Shown here in pieces: positions 10,945 to 21,980 of a stretch of 36,778 bases of DNA (the first letter of the stretch is position 1; each line of letters opens with the position of its first letter). Origin of the DNA: Porpidia crustulata (taxonomy: Eukaryota); assembly GCA_964255105.1 (NCBI GenBank), contig CAXUWE010000007.1:1-36778 (forward strand), read 5' to 3'. The notes under the pieces are model-generated. The model searched no databases, was not told the DNA's origin, and was given only the letters and a program-made list of their open reading frames with translations. A program made the position numbers and the translations under genes.

Positions 10945-12689
10945 TTATTCAATTGACCTTAGATCTACAATTTCAAAGTCCAATCCTATTGCTTCATACA
11001 CATGGCCAGGTCTCAGTGCGTCAGTATATAGGTTGTTCTCGGAATGCGGATGAAAGAGACCAGTCCGAGTGCAGCTCAATACGGATTTCATGCCCGGGGG
11101 ATCGGTCAGGCGGAAGACACCCCAGCTACGACGGTGTTAGCCCAAGCATATAGAGTATTTCCAGAGCAAACCCACTCTTCCTTGCTCGGTGCACAGACGA
11201 TAGCAATGCTTTCCGGCATCATGACTTGATATCCGCAGTGAGTATGCAGGTCTCGCGAGCTCATGAAACAGGTCTGTGTTGGGTGGGTGTGGATCCAACC
11301 CAGCACCATCAGATCCTCCCCATCAACGTAATCAAAAAGACCACTCTCATTTAAAGTCTCGCATGTGTCTGATGTACTCTTCTGCTCAGGTATGACTAAC
11401 TTAGAAATGAATAACGCGTTTGATATTAGCGTGCCACATAAAATACCACAGGTTTCAAGATTTGCATGGGTATTTGGACGTGCAAGAGTGAGAAACTTGT
11501 GACGGAGGTTCTGAGGAAGAAAAATGGTCCGGAGGGGAGACCCGTTCTCTAGGTAAGCCGAGGGTCTAAATATGAAGTCTGAAGGTTTGAGATCATGCGC
11601 TGTGGGGCTGGATGTTGAAGATCTTGAGGGAATCTCGTAAGACCGGTTCAAGTCTTTTCCTGGCCTGGTAGGCAAGATTTCGGTTACTGGAGATTTACTG
11701 TCCTTGGGCGGGGGCCTTGGTGGTGTTGGGAATGCCGATGAATGAAGCGATACATCTCCCATTAGGTGTAGGGAAGAGGCGGGCTGGGCTACTTTGGCGC
11801 TGTGTTCAGGTACAGCTGGATAGTGATAAGGAAACCTCTGGCTATCGAACGGCTGAGAAAATTTGCCATTTCGAGGACTATCTCGTACCGACCCCTCGAC
11901 TTGTAGACGCACATTTTGCATCTGTCGACTCAGCGATTCTTGGTTGATTCCTTTATCATCTCTAGCCAGAGCCTCTTCCCAGTTGCCCCAGAGACCTGCT
12001 ACGCGTCTTTCCTGTTCTACCTCTTCTGATATACCAGCTTGACGGGTGGCCTTTCTAGCGGTAGCTCGCCTTCTGAGTTCCTTGTGAGCCAATCTAATCG
12101 CAAGATCTCCATTGTCTCCAGCTGCTAAACCCTCTGCGCCGTTGATGATTGCAGGGTCTGAAACGTAATGCACTTCCTTGTTCGGATTGTGCAGCGTGCT
12201 CTGCTCTCGAAAAGGCGGGACATTCACATCGCTGCCCGGTGTTATCCTGGCGTTTCGGTCGCGCAGTGACTGTTCATGTCTTTCAAAGCGTCTAGTGATA
12301 CGCGGCCTGAGCACTTCAAGCTTTTTCAGGCTGCTCTCAACGTCGCGATTCGCCTGTGCTAGAGCAGGACGATTTGCCTTTTGTCTTGCATCTGGATGAG
12401 ACGATAAGTCTCGTAGAACAAGCTCTGCATGTCTGTACAGCAACAGATATGTTTGTTGTTCGTTCCCCTCATGCTCGTATATCTCGGCCTAGAATGTGTC
12501 AAGGACTTGTCCAGGATCCATCGATTGAGAAGCGACCAATACCTCTTTGAGCAATGTATTCGCAGTTCGCAACCAGTATTTTAGAGGTATAAGGGGATTG
12601 TAGTCAAAGCTTTGAGCAGTTCTCACTATTTGCTCCACGCTCATGGGCTTTAGCAGAGTGACTTTGAAGTCATTCTCGCGTTCTGTCAT
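10945..12689 (-). CDS. AMSH: AMSH/STAMBP-like endosomal JAMM (MPN+) deubiquitinase (S. pombe Sst2-like)
   Basis: Exons 12689-12543, 12488-11176, 11125-10945. N-terminal USP8-dimerisation/MIT-like region (YWLRTA..LLKEAEIYEHEG...YLLLYRHAELVL). C-terminal NLETCGILCG and JAMM motif GWIHTHPTQTCFMSSRDLHTH, then WGVFRLTDPPG...FHPH. Confidence 0.95.
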
Positions 12690-13033
12690 TGTCCTGAGAC
12701 ACTTCGCAGTCCACGACACAGCTGAGACTTCATCTAACAAGGTAATTTACTACTCCGGCCGATTCAGTGCCACTGCCTAATCCACATCTTGCGAGTGCTC
12801 ATTACGAAGGTGAAGCTGAAATTTGGTGCCTTGTGCTATCGAGTGGAATGGCAGTAAATATATCTACGACAATCCCTGCTATCGATAAGATCCTGGAACA
12901 CCATTGCCAATAGGTTCAGGCCTTTGTATGCCCCTGAATAGTCTCAACACTTGACCATTAGGAAGTCAGGCTTATAAGATGCAGTCTCTAGTCACAGGGT
13001 CTTTACATACCGCATGATCGAGTTGTGGCTGGC

Positions 13034-14842
13034 ATGACAGGTATAGCTTCTTCGAGGCATGTTTCCACGGCTTACTCACTGGTAAGAGCACTATCAGGCT
13101 CGGGCATCCTGGGCCGCAATAGGCTTCCCACTCACGTTGTAAGTCCCAGTCTCTGTAGTAGGTTTATATTTGCATAAAGTGGCTACTATTTCTCGTGCTA
13201 AAATGTGATAGACGACATCCTCCAACGCCTTGCACCATCGCTCAAACGTCATGTTGGTTGCACCATCATTGACATCAACCCAGGGCCAGGATTGTGGTCC
13301 TCCAAGCTTCATGAGCACCTAAAACCGCGAAGTCACATCCTGGTGGAGCCAAGGAAAGATATATACCTTCCGTATCTCAAGCCCCTTCTTGATACTCCCA
13401 ATTCTCGATACCATCTTAGAGACTGGGATGATAGCGTACATTGGCAACCGAATCGTTACGTTACGGATGGACTTCTGCCAGGATTAGAAACTTCCAGAAG
13501 TTCCCAACACCGGCCGACTGGAAGGAACGACTCATTACTGATTGTTGCGAACATTTCAGCACTGGAGAGTCGAAGGCCGCAAGATAGGGATTTCGAGTCT
13601 CACAAAGCTTTGAAGGATTTCATGGCTGACGTCAGGGATGGGACTGGCTTTCATATTAATGGCCCGGTCAGGTTGCTGATGTGGCTAAAGGATAAGGAGA
13701 AGCACCCTATTCTCCCGCGAAATATAGCCCAGCGGAAAGGAATCGCTTTAACTTCAGAGATGACCTGTCATGTTGAGGAAATAGTCTCTGGCGTGGACTT
13801 GAGGGAAAAAGCACAGAAGCGGGAAGACATCCTCAATGTCAAGAGTGGCAAGCGGGTGGCTGAGCGGATGCGCAGGCAGAATATTCTAATACCAACAGAG
13901 CGTCAGGGCGAGATGCAAAGACATTTTCAAGATATATTATGTACAGCGGCCGGCGATGATGAGGTGGCACTGAACGAGCTGGAAGGCGCAGAACTACATA
14001 CTTCTCGCAAGTGGCATGACGAGCTTAGACAATTGAAGGCAGATTTTGAGTCAGGCAAGCGACCACGGTTTATTGGATGCCCGCCGAGCATGAAATTGAG
14101 AGGTAAACGCACGAATGGCCCGTACTACCACACGCCTGAGTGGTTACGTTTTGTACAGCTGAAGCGCTTTTTTAAAAGCCACAAGCTCAGAATGACTAGA
14201 CTAGGTTCCTTAATACTCGAACAGGAGAAACTAGACTCTCTTGAAATTGGTGCCTACCGAGAAGGTCTCAGCGAGACAAAGCGACAAGAGATATTTGAGC
14301 AACTTGACCGGCGCACTCGCGAAGTCAAGGCTCAAGTAATATCCTTACCCGTGCACCATTTGACAGAATATAAGTATGCCATTGATAATAGAAGAGCATT
14401 CGCCCAAGACCCTCCATTGCTGATGTGGGATCATCGTACTGTGGAGCCTCTCCTTTCCCAGAAGGAAGAGTTTTCCAATCCGAAAGAGATGGCCCTATTT
14501 GACGTCCAACCCCGATTTCCAAATCATTATCCTATGACCTCAGCACAAACAGCGTACTTTCATCTCCTAATAAACGTTCTATTCCGCCATAATTCCAGGA
14601 ATCTTACAATACTCAAGCAGCTAGCACCGGGAGCAATGGAGGCTCTTGTTCCTCGTGTACCTGCGCTCCAGGATCCACGCAAGGGCGGACGCCGTGACCT
14701 GGATGAGTTGCGATGTCGCCTTATCACACCCGAAATGGCTTACGGCCTCGCCCTGGCTTTGGATAGCTGGGCTTTCAAGCCTACCTTGGCGGTTTCGTTA
14801 ATGAAAGGACATCATGCGAGTTTTCGGCCGGGCGTAGAATGA
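13034..14842 (+). CDS. MTF1: Mitochondrial transcription factor 1 (Mtf1; rRNA adenine dimethylase-like fold)
   Basis: Exons 13034-13157 and 13212-14842 (intron GTAGGT..GCTAAA..TAG). Arg/Ser-rich, acid-free N-terminus resembling a presequence; VSPSLCNDILQRL; SAM-site-like IIDINPGPGLWS; NDSLLIVAN; GPVRLLMW; LLMWDHR; C-terminal W-A-F-K-P. Confidence 0.85.
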
Positions 14843-15066
14843 GGCAGCCGCTGATCTCCAATGTGGCCTTGACGTAATGTATAGAGAGACGTACCCGCGA
14901 AAGTCAAGTCCTTGTCCTGTACACATACTTGCCTGAGCAGCATACGGGAACATATTGTATATGTGCATGTCTTATTTTAAAGCTATCCTTGAGGACGACA
15001 GGACCCGTCCTATTCCATTCCTTCCACTACGCCATGTAGTCATGCAGCCATGGCTTCATTTGGGGG

Positions 15067-15299
15067 TCACCCACGGTCCGTGCCGCTGGGATAGTATCTT
15101 GTACATCGGCTGAAAAGATTAATTAGCACGATTAGTAGCTCGATCCGGCGGCGAGGCTAGTAGTCCAACGACGCTGGGCTTACCTGGCTCGGCTAGGAAA
15201 TTTTGTACAGATGGACGGAGGATGATAGCGTGTACGGTGTGGGTGACTCCATACGATCGCCAAGAGCGTTGTCAAATAAATAATCACATATCGTGCCAT
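15067..15299 (-). CDS. Putative spliced small secreted peptide (52 aa), or remnant of a frameshifted secreted-protein gene
   Basis: ATG at 15299; exons 15299-15184 and 15109-15067; strong canonical intron 15183-15110 (AG|GTAAGC..GCTAAT..TTTTCAG). Product MARYVIIYLTTLLAIVWSHPHRTRYHPPSICTKFPSRASRCTRYYPSGTDRG* has a signal-peptide-like N-terminus. Confidence 0.4.
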
Positions 15300-15539
15300 A
15301 CTTTCAGCGAAAGCGAGGGTCCAATGCACCATCGGACGCTGCAAGATATGGTTTTCTCTCCGTTGAGTCCTCGAGACCGGCAAATTCTTTGCTAGAAACC
15401 AATATAGACGTAGGGATATCTATCTTGGGGCTGTAGATAAGATAGGGGTATATATTGCAAATTCGCATATTCCACGCTGAAGACACCTCGCACTACTTTT
15501 TGATATAACCCCAACCCCATCACCGCAGCGCACAGCCAC

Positions 15540-18500
15540 TCATATTCTAAGCATCCTATGGCGCCTGTCCTCCACTTTCAGCTTCAGGCCCTCCACAACC
15601 TCCCGACCCAGCCACGCACACTGCTCCCCATCCCTGTCAACTCCCTCAGCCCAGGCGAAGAGAATCCTTAAATTCCATAGCCTCTCACTGCTTCCGCTAC
15701 TTACGCACGCTTTCTCTAACACTAGCCGGTCATCCATCACCGTGCCCCTTGTTCCTTTGTACAATGCACTACCCACGTCTGGCGGCAGAACCAGCGCTTG
15801 CTCCGCCCTATCAAACGCTTCGAACGTAGGCAGTTGGAAGATCCAACTATAAGTTTGTTTGCGTTGTTGGTGGGCTGATTGGGCGTCGTTGAGGGCTTGC
15901 ATCGTGGCGCTGAAGACGGAGGCGTGGGAGTCGTAAGTGGCGCGGCGGCGAAGGAAGATGCTTTGGTGTCGCTCAAAGGATTTGCGATGGACGACATTGT
16001 TGGCTAGATCGAGGGTCATACGCCAGTACTCTGGATTCTGAGTTTCAACTCTAGAGACGGTGTCAATCTCTGGCAGGAGGCAAGGGGCTATCATGGTGAG
16101 TTCTAAGCCTGAGCGAAGGGTGATGAGAATGGGAACGGAAACAGGGCCTAGGGTATCGACATCTCGAGGTATCAAGCAGCGGGCTTCGGTCGCAAGGACC
16201 CAGAGGTGGCGAAACGCTTGAAGATGAGATTTGTTATCGAGGACTGTATTCGGGAAGAGAGGATAAAAAGCGCACACGAGAGACGCGACGGCTATGTTGG
16301 AGGTACCAAACGTGTGGGTACCGCCTCCTAGGAATAGTACACCAATAGCGAAGTGCGCGACCAGGTGGCTCCCGTATGGAACATCAACATCTGTTCTACC
16401 GTGGAGAGATCGTACACGGCGGAAGACCTGAAGATCTCCTGTACCAGCCATGACACTGGCTGCAGAAAGAGCAATGACGTCTTGACAGTTGCGAACTGTC
16501 GCGCGGGTAAGTTTCCCGTCGTAATGTAACGCTGGCAGCCTGCAGATCCGTATATACTGGTCAAGATAGTGAGACAGTAGATTTCGAACCTCACAAGAAC
16601 CAGTGCCTGCGTATCGAAGTCCAATGCTAAAGCAAAGGCCAGCGACAATATTAAAGAATGGCATGTCTTCGCTATCAAGGCATCGAATAGACCCCAATTC
16701 CAACTTCCGCTGATAAGCTGGAGGAAGTTGCATCGAAATCCAGGCGTCAGAGGCACGTATGTCGTTCCACATGATTAGGTTGCGTGCTACAGTCCGCAGC
16801 AGAAAGATGTCGGGTCGGACATAGTCGAATTGGTGCATTGTGTCGGGAATGTCAATCTTTTGGGCAAGTGCTGTGTTGTGTGTTTTCATGAAGATCAGGG
16901 TAATAGCAACAGTGGCGGCTGCCGTAGCTTTGTCAAGTATATGGACGAGATTCACTTTCTTGGTCTCAGTAGCAAGAGTCAGCAGTCGTTCTATGATATG
17001 CATATCGTGCAAGCCTTTGAGATCTTGTCCTCGACCAAGGTTTATGAAGCCAAGAGCAAAACCGGCGGCAAGTCTGTACCCTTCATCCCGCAAGCTATCA
17101 TGTGGACCTGAGTTGTCTTCCTGGTCTACATTCTCCACCTCCGAAAGCATGATCTCGCTCATTCGGCGGTGCTGAGTATTGCAGTAGAGAAGCCCAATAC
17201 CCATTATACCGCTGGTCTGAGTTAGGGGAGATAGGTTCAACTCAGCTGCGCCTGGTGGCAACATTCTTGTGACGTGCACTGATAGGAGTCGAGTAATCAG
17301 AGTATCCATTGTACCCAAGTAGGAAGCTGAAAGCCCCAGTAATAGCCCGATGGAAGTCATCGTATGCTTCGGTGTCAGGTACTTGAAAGCCACCCATTTT
17401 GCGATTGATTTCAGATGGCCATTGAGACCTAACGCGAGAAGAAATCCGGCGTGGCGATTTTTGAGCTCTTGGGGTTTATTGAATAGTATCCAAGAAGTCT
17501 CAATACCCCTTGCGTCTTTGGAGATACTCAAGCCAGCTTCTACTCCAGCGTGGAAAAAAGCCCACGAAACCCTATCCTCCGTGTACTGGTTCCTGTCGGC
17601 TGTGACCGTCGTGTTTGCCGGTTTCATGACACAGCTCAGTGTAAATCCGTGAATCGGGAATTTCTCCGTAAGTAACGGCAACCGAGCGCTGTAGAATATC
17701 AAGCCTCGCCCAAGAGATACTGATAGAGTTCGGACGGCAATCGCTTTCGCCAGCTCTTGTTGAGCTTCCAGGAAATCGGTGTCCGACCAATCAGGTTCAG
17801 GGGTACACCAAGCTACTGGTGCATGTAATGGGTGGACCAATTTAGCCGCCTCCGCGAATCTTTGGTCATCCTTAAAGATTATTCGTGTGATAGATTGCCG
17901 GTCCAACTCAGCTGAACCATCATATGCGCCGATCGTGTCAACGTCGAGGGTCGAATTACAGATGGCATGAACATCTCGTGGGGCCTCATTAGCAGATTCG
18001 GCGAGCGATCTGCCATGCGGCCTAACCGTCCGGCTGTCGCGGGCAAGCATAGCAATGTCATCCCTGCCCATCATTTTTAACATCTTGCTATCCCATGAGG
18101 TCGAAGGCTGGGCCTGGTTACGTAGGAGCGCAGCTCGAAAAGGGACCGCTACACTTTCTGGTAGTGTCTCGAGAAGGAATAGATTCAATTCCCAGGAAGC
18201 CATATCCGCAACGCGGACCTTTTGGGAATTTCGAGCGTTGGAAGTAAACATAGTAGTCATAGCTACCGTCCTAGGGGTTAGGTCCATCAAAATTTTTGCT
18301 GAGGCTACTGCCATTACCTTGCTTGTAGATCCTGCTTGTGCGGAGCTCACTACATCGAGAAGTGACGTGAAGGGCGTAATTTCAGTATTCAGATTCGCGT
18401 TTTCAATGAAACGAAGGATCGAAGGCGGCTCGAAAGGGGCTTGCGGTATCTTCAACCGAGAAATGACGGAATCTTCGAAGAACCAAGACTCCATGTCGGA

Positions 18501-21500
18501 GTTCTCGAGCATATAGTAGCCACTGACCGAAGTGCCCCAAGCACTCCAGCCAAGCCACGAGCCAATTTGAGCGAGAACAGGCGCAAGCTTGTAGGCCGCA
18601 TTTGCAGCAAGTCTATCTAGCTTGAATTCTTCTCGAAGGAGATGCAGGCCAACTAATATTGAAGCTAAAGCAGTACGCTGTGAGCTAGGGTCCCTCGATG
18701 AGGCGATGGGAAGATAACCATGCTTTTCAGAAATCGATATCCCTACCGGTGAACTCATGAATTCTCGCGCTAATGTAATGCATTGAATTAAGTACGGAGA
18801 GTTTTTTTGCATGGGAACCGTTGCAGAGGTGAAGGGAGTGAAAGTCCTTGATAATCGAGACTTTTTCGACTGGGATGAACTTGGCGTGACTTCTATGGTG
18901 TCGTGCTTCGCTGTCCACTTCCACGCCTCGTCCCGCATCCAAGGTGGAGAGATGGCCGAACGACTTCCTGCTTCACTCATCATAACTTCCCAACTTTCGA
19001 GATCAGTGTTTGCACCACTGCTAGACCTGAGAAGACCTCCTTTACGCTTTCTTTGTCTTGTTGGTGTCTCCGGAAATCGGCGCTCGATGAACGGAACTGC
19101 CATTGAGAAGAGGACGATAACCATAGCTGTCCACTCACTCTCATCTTCCTCCTCCGGGCGAGTACTGAGCCAAGTCATGACGTCCCACCAGGCACTTAAT
19201 ATAGAGTCCCGATCCTTTTCGATATCAGGCAATACCGACAAGCACGCTCTGATAATCTTGCGTACATCATGATTATGTGGCTCAAGTTGCACCGCAATAC
19301 GATGTCTGGTACCATTTGAGTCAACAATATCTACTCGTCCTTTGCTGCCTTGATGCTGCAGTCCTAGTAAACAGTGGGTATCATTGCCAAGTACTCTCTT
19401 GAACCCACCTTCGCGCTTTTGTTGTAGAGAAACGCCATTCGTGACTTGATAAGGATTGTTGACGCATAGCCTACTAGGGAGCTTGACTAAATGTCTGGCA
19501 CCCCATGGAGCTTCCAACGACAGCTCACCCATGCCATCGGATGTTTCGCGAAGTACAAGGATCCGTGACCAGACTCCATCCATGATTTTGCAAGTATCAA
19601 TTACATTTCTTGCTTTAGTAGAGCTTGTTATACTGATATCGTACAGCTGCGCCTTCAGAAACGCTGCATTTGTTATTTGGCGATAGGCTTTCTTGGCCTT
19701 TCCATCGATGCTTTGCAATCGTATTCCTAAACGCAAAGTCACAAGCGTGCAAGCAGCTCTGTCAACAAGACACACAAAAATAGGGCCGCCTTCATGTTCG
19801 CCACCAGCGAGATTACAATTCGGCGGTCTCAAGGTGAAGACCTCTGTCTTTGGGCTGTAGTTCTTGTCAAGAAAGGCCTGATGACTGTTCGGCCTCTCAC
19901 CTGGTACGCTTTGAATTCTGTTTAAAATCATCTCTTTTTTCAGACCCTGAGCGTTGCCATTTAAGCCCAAGCTATTGAAACCTTCCAAGTCGTCGATACT
20001 GTCAAGGTCATCCTCAGTGTCCTCAAAGGATGACTCGTAGGAGCTAAGTGCACCAAAGCTTGAACGGAGTCCATTGCTGTGCCGCGAACGAGGCTGGTCA
20101 TTCGAAATTTCAAGGCCAGCGCTATATCGAGAGCTGTGTGTAGCTCTTCGAGTGCTTGTCGCTGCAGGATAGCCACCTGCAAGGTCAGAGAAAGCCGATT
20201 TGTCGCGGGTTGTGGACAGATCCGCTCGTGCGAGAAGCGAGCTGACTCGCCGTGAGGTATTGACAGGCATGGCAGGATTCTCGAAGGCAGGGTCTAATTG
20301 TGATATTAGATCTTTCTGGCTATCCGTAAACTTTGGTTCAAGCACACCCTCCTGACTCGAATAGACGTGCATCCTCGCGGCACCAAAGCTTTCCCTTCCT
20401 GGAGCACTTCTGGATAAGGGCGTAGTAGATCCAGTACCTGCACCAGGTACATGCGAACTCCGACGGCGATTTGATGTCCCACTCCCTGTAGGTGCATGTC
20501 GATCTCCTCTATGCTCCATGAACTCATGGTCCATATAAGTCAGGGTCCAGAGAGTGTAAACTCCGCTTTGTTGATTGACCGTCACAACTAGAATAAGCGG
20601 ATTTGTTGATGTTTTTGCTGACTTACCGCCGTCTAACTCATCTTTCAAGGACACATACAATATAGTCTCACGTTCATCAAGTGTGTCAATTGCTGCTCTC
20701 TCGTCATGGCCAAATCTATCTGTTGTCGTCGTCGTCAATGTTGTTGTTGGAGTCACGGCTACGACACCCATCTCACTGAGAGGATCAGTGAGACAGAAAA
20801 TTCTTGGGAGTTCGGTCTTTGTCGTTGGAGTCGATCTCTGTAAGAAGTCACTTAACAAAGGCTGAGAAGACTGACTTGGCTCTGTTGCCGTGGGCGTTTC
20901 CGCCAAGGTTTCGTGTCCTTGACCCTGAGAAGATGGCATTGCGTCCGAGAAGCTTGGTTCAGACATTATAAAAGAGTTAGGCGGCACCGAGGGCGGCTGG
21001 GGAGTTGGCGGGTCCACCACTGATTGTTGGAGTTTGCGCTGCAAGAGAATGCCATAAGTCAAAGGGAAAACAACATCCACCTCAAAAGGTAGATGCACGA
21101 CATGGCACGTTCCAGACAGATGAAATACATGCGCCTGTGTCTTCAGGATCACAACAAGTGCACGAGCATCCGAGGCGGCATCATCATTTGAGTTTTTGAG
21201 ACCAGACAGATCGTAGACGGATTCACCAGAACTCGAAGAAGCCGGAAACGACCCAACATGGTTCTTCTTCGAAGAGGGGGTGGAAGCTCTGGACTTTTTG
21301 ATATTAAGGTCCGCTTTCGCAGACAGATTCACCCGAGTGTATTCGGATGCCTCATACTGTGTGGTTGATTCTGTAGACTTTTTGTGCCTGGGAGAAAATG
21401 TAGTAAAGATTGCTTGCGTTATTGCCTCACATTCGACCTCAAAGCGAAAGATCCTCTGGATAACGTTTCCCCGAGACCAAACCACACAATGCTCCGTAGT

Positions 21501-21659
21501 GACCAGCTCTTCTCCCTCGCCATAATCATCGCTTCCCAATTCATGTATTGTTTGCCATGTGTATAGACTCTCGGCAGGCTCTGAGGGGAGAATGCCTTCT
21601 GCCACTAGAAAGGGTATAGCAGATGGTTGGTGTAGGCCTAGCGAAGTCACGGAAGCCAT
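15540..21659 (-). CDS. APC1: Anaphase-promoting complex subunit 1 (BimE/Apc1)
   Basis: Intronless ORF of about 2040 aa; likely start MASVTSLGLHQP (ATG at 21659). PC-repeat motifs WAFFHAGVEAGL, HAGFLLALGLNGHL, SIGLLLGLSASYLGTMD, REGYRLAAGFALG-like (RDEGYRLAAGFALG), YGSHLVAHFAIG and DNKSHLQAFRHLWVLA. Confidence 0.98.
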   Translation of the reverse strand: MASVTSLGLHQPSAIPFLVAEGILPSEPAESLYTWQTIHELGSDDYGEGEELVTTEHCVVWSRGNVIQRIFRFEVECEAITQAIFTTFSPRHKKSTESTTQYEASEYTRVNLSAKADLNIKKSRASTPSSKKNHVGSFPASSSSGESVYDLSGLKNSNDDAASDARALVVILKTQAHVFHLSGTCHVVHLPFEVDVVFPLTYGILLQRKLQQSVVDPPTPQPPSVPPNSFIMSEPSFSDAMPSSQGQGHETLAETPTATEPSQSSQPLLSDFLQRSTPTTKTELPRIFCLTDPLSEMGVVAVTPTTTLTTTTTDRFGHDERAAIDTLDERETILYVSLKDELDGGKSAKTSTNPLILVVTVNQQSGVYTLWTLTYMDHEFMEHRGDRHAPTGSGTSNRRRSSHVPGAGTGSTTPLSRSAPGRESFGAARMHVYSSQEGVLEPKFTDSQKDLISQLDPAFENPAMPVNTSRRVSSLLARADLSTTRDKSAFSDLAGGYPAATSTRRATHSSRYSAGLEISNDQPRSRHSNGLRSSFGALSSYESSFEDTEDDLDSIDDLEGFNSLGLNGNAQGLKKEMILNRIQSVPGERPNSHQAFLDKNYSPKTEVFTLRPPNCNLAGGEHEGGPIFVCLVDRAACTLVTLRLGIRLQSIDGKAKKAYRQITNAAFLKAQLYDISITSSTKARNVIDTCKIMDGVWSRILVLRETSDGMGELSLEAPWGARHLVKLPSRLCVNNPYQVTNGVSLQQKREGGFKRVLGNDTHCLLGLQHQGSKGRVDIVDSNGTRHRIAVQLEPHNHDVRKIIRACLSVLPDIEKDRDSILSAWWDVMTWLSTRPEEEDESEWTAMVIVLFSMAVPFIERRFPETPTRQRKRKGGLLRSSSGANTDLESWEVMMSEAGSRSAISPPWMRDEAWKWTAKHDTIEVTPSSSQSKKSRLSRTFTPFTSATVPMQKNSPYLIQCITLAREFMSSPVGISISEKHGYLPIASSRDPSSQRTALASILVGLHLLREEFKLDRLAANAAYKLAPVLAQIGSWLGWSAWGTSVSGYYMLENSDMESWFFEDSVISRLKIPQAPFEPPSILRFIENANLNTEITPFTSLLDVVSSAQAGSTSKVMAVASAKILMDLTPRTVAMTTMFTSNARNSQKVRVADMASWELNLFLLETLPESVAVPFRAALLRNQAQPSTSWDSKMLKMMGRDDIAMLARDSRTVRPHGRSLAESANEAPRDVHAICNSTLDVDTIGAYDGSAELDRQSITRIIFKDDQRFAEAAKLVHPLHAPVAWCTPEPDWSDTDFLEAQQELAKAIAVRTLSVSLGRGLIFYSARLPLLTEKFPIHGFTLSCVMKPANTTVTADRNQYTEDRVSWAFFHAGVEAGLSISKDARGIETSWILFNKPQELKNRHAGFLLALGLNGHLKSIAKWVAFKYLTPKHTMTSIGLLLGLSASYLGTMDTLITRLLSVHVTRMLPPGAAELNLSPLTQTSGIMGIGLLYCNTQHRRMSEIMLSEVENVDQEDNSGPHDSLRDEGYRLAAGFALGFINLGRGQDLKGLHDMHIIERLLTLATETKKVNLVHILDKATAAATVAITLIFMKTHNTALAQKIDIPDTMHQFDYVRPDIFLLRTVARNLIMWNDIRASDAWISMQLPPAYQRKLELGSIRCLDSEDMPFFNIVAGLCFSIGLRYAGTGSCEVRNLLSHYLDQYIRICRLPALHYDGKLTRATVRNCQDVIALSAASVMAGTGDLQVFRRVRSLHGRTDVDVPYGSHLVAHFAIGVLFLGGGTHTFGTSNIAVASLVCAFYPLFPNTVLDNKSHLQAFRHLWVLATEARCLIPRDVDTLGPVSVPILITLRSGLELTMIAPCLLPEIDTVSRVETQNPEYWRMTLDLANNVVHRKSFERHQSIFLRRRATYDSHASVFSATMQALNDAQSAHQQRKQTYSWIFQLPTFEAFDRAEQALVLPPDVGSALYKGTRGTVMDDRLVLEKACVSSGSSERLWNLRILFAWAEGVDRDGEQCAWLGREVVEGLKLKVEDRRHRMLRI

Positions 21660-21980
21660 GGCCACCGTGCTTTCACATTCCGTCACCTTGTAATGTATTA
21701 CGTCTTCCTATCACAAGCGTTGACATGGTTTGCTAGGTAGATAGTGTTCCATACGTCTAAAGTATAGGGAGTCGCGAATAGCGCGTTCAGCACAATGTGT
21801 TCGTCGTCGGCGAAACTGGGCGAAAAACACAAATTCTATGCCTTGAATACGATGCGTTATGCCCATTCGCCATATCATCTCTACCATCCCCCAACAAACG
21901 CCCAGAATTTTACACGTCGTCTCACCAGAGTTCATATCTAAAGTGTAATTGTGAAAGCTACCCTACTGCTTGAGACAGCA

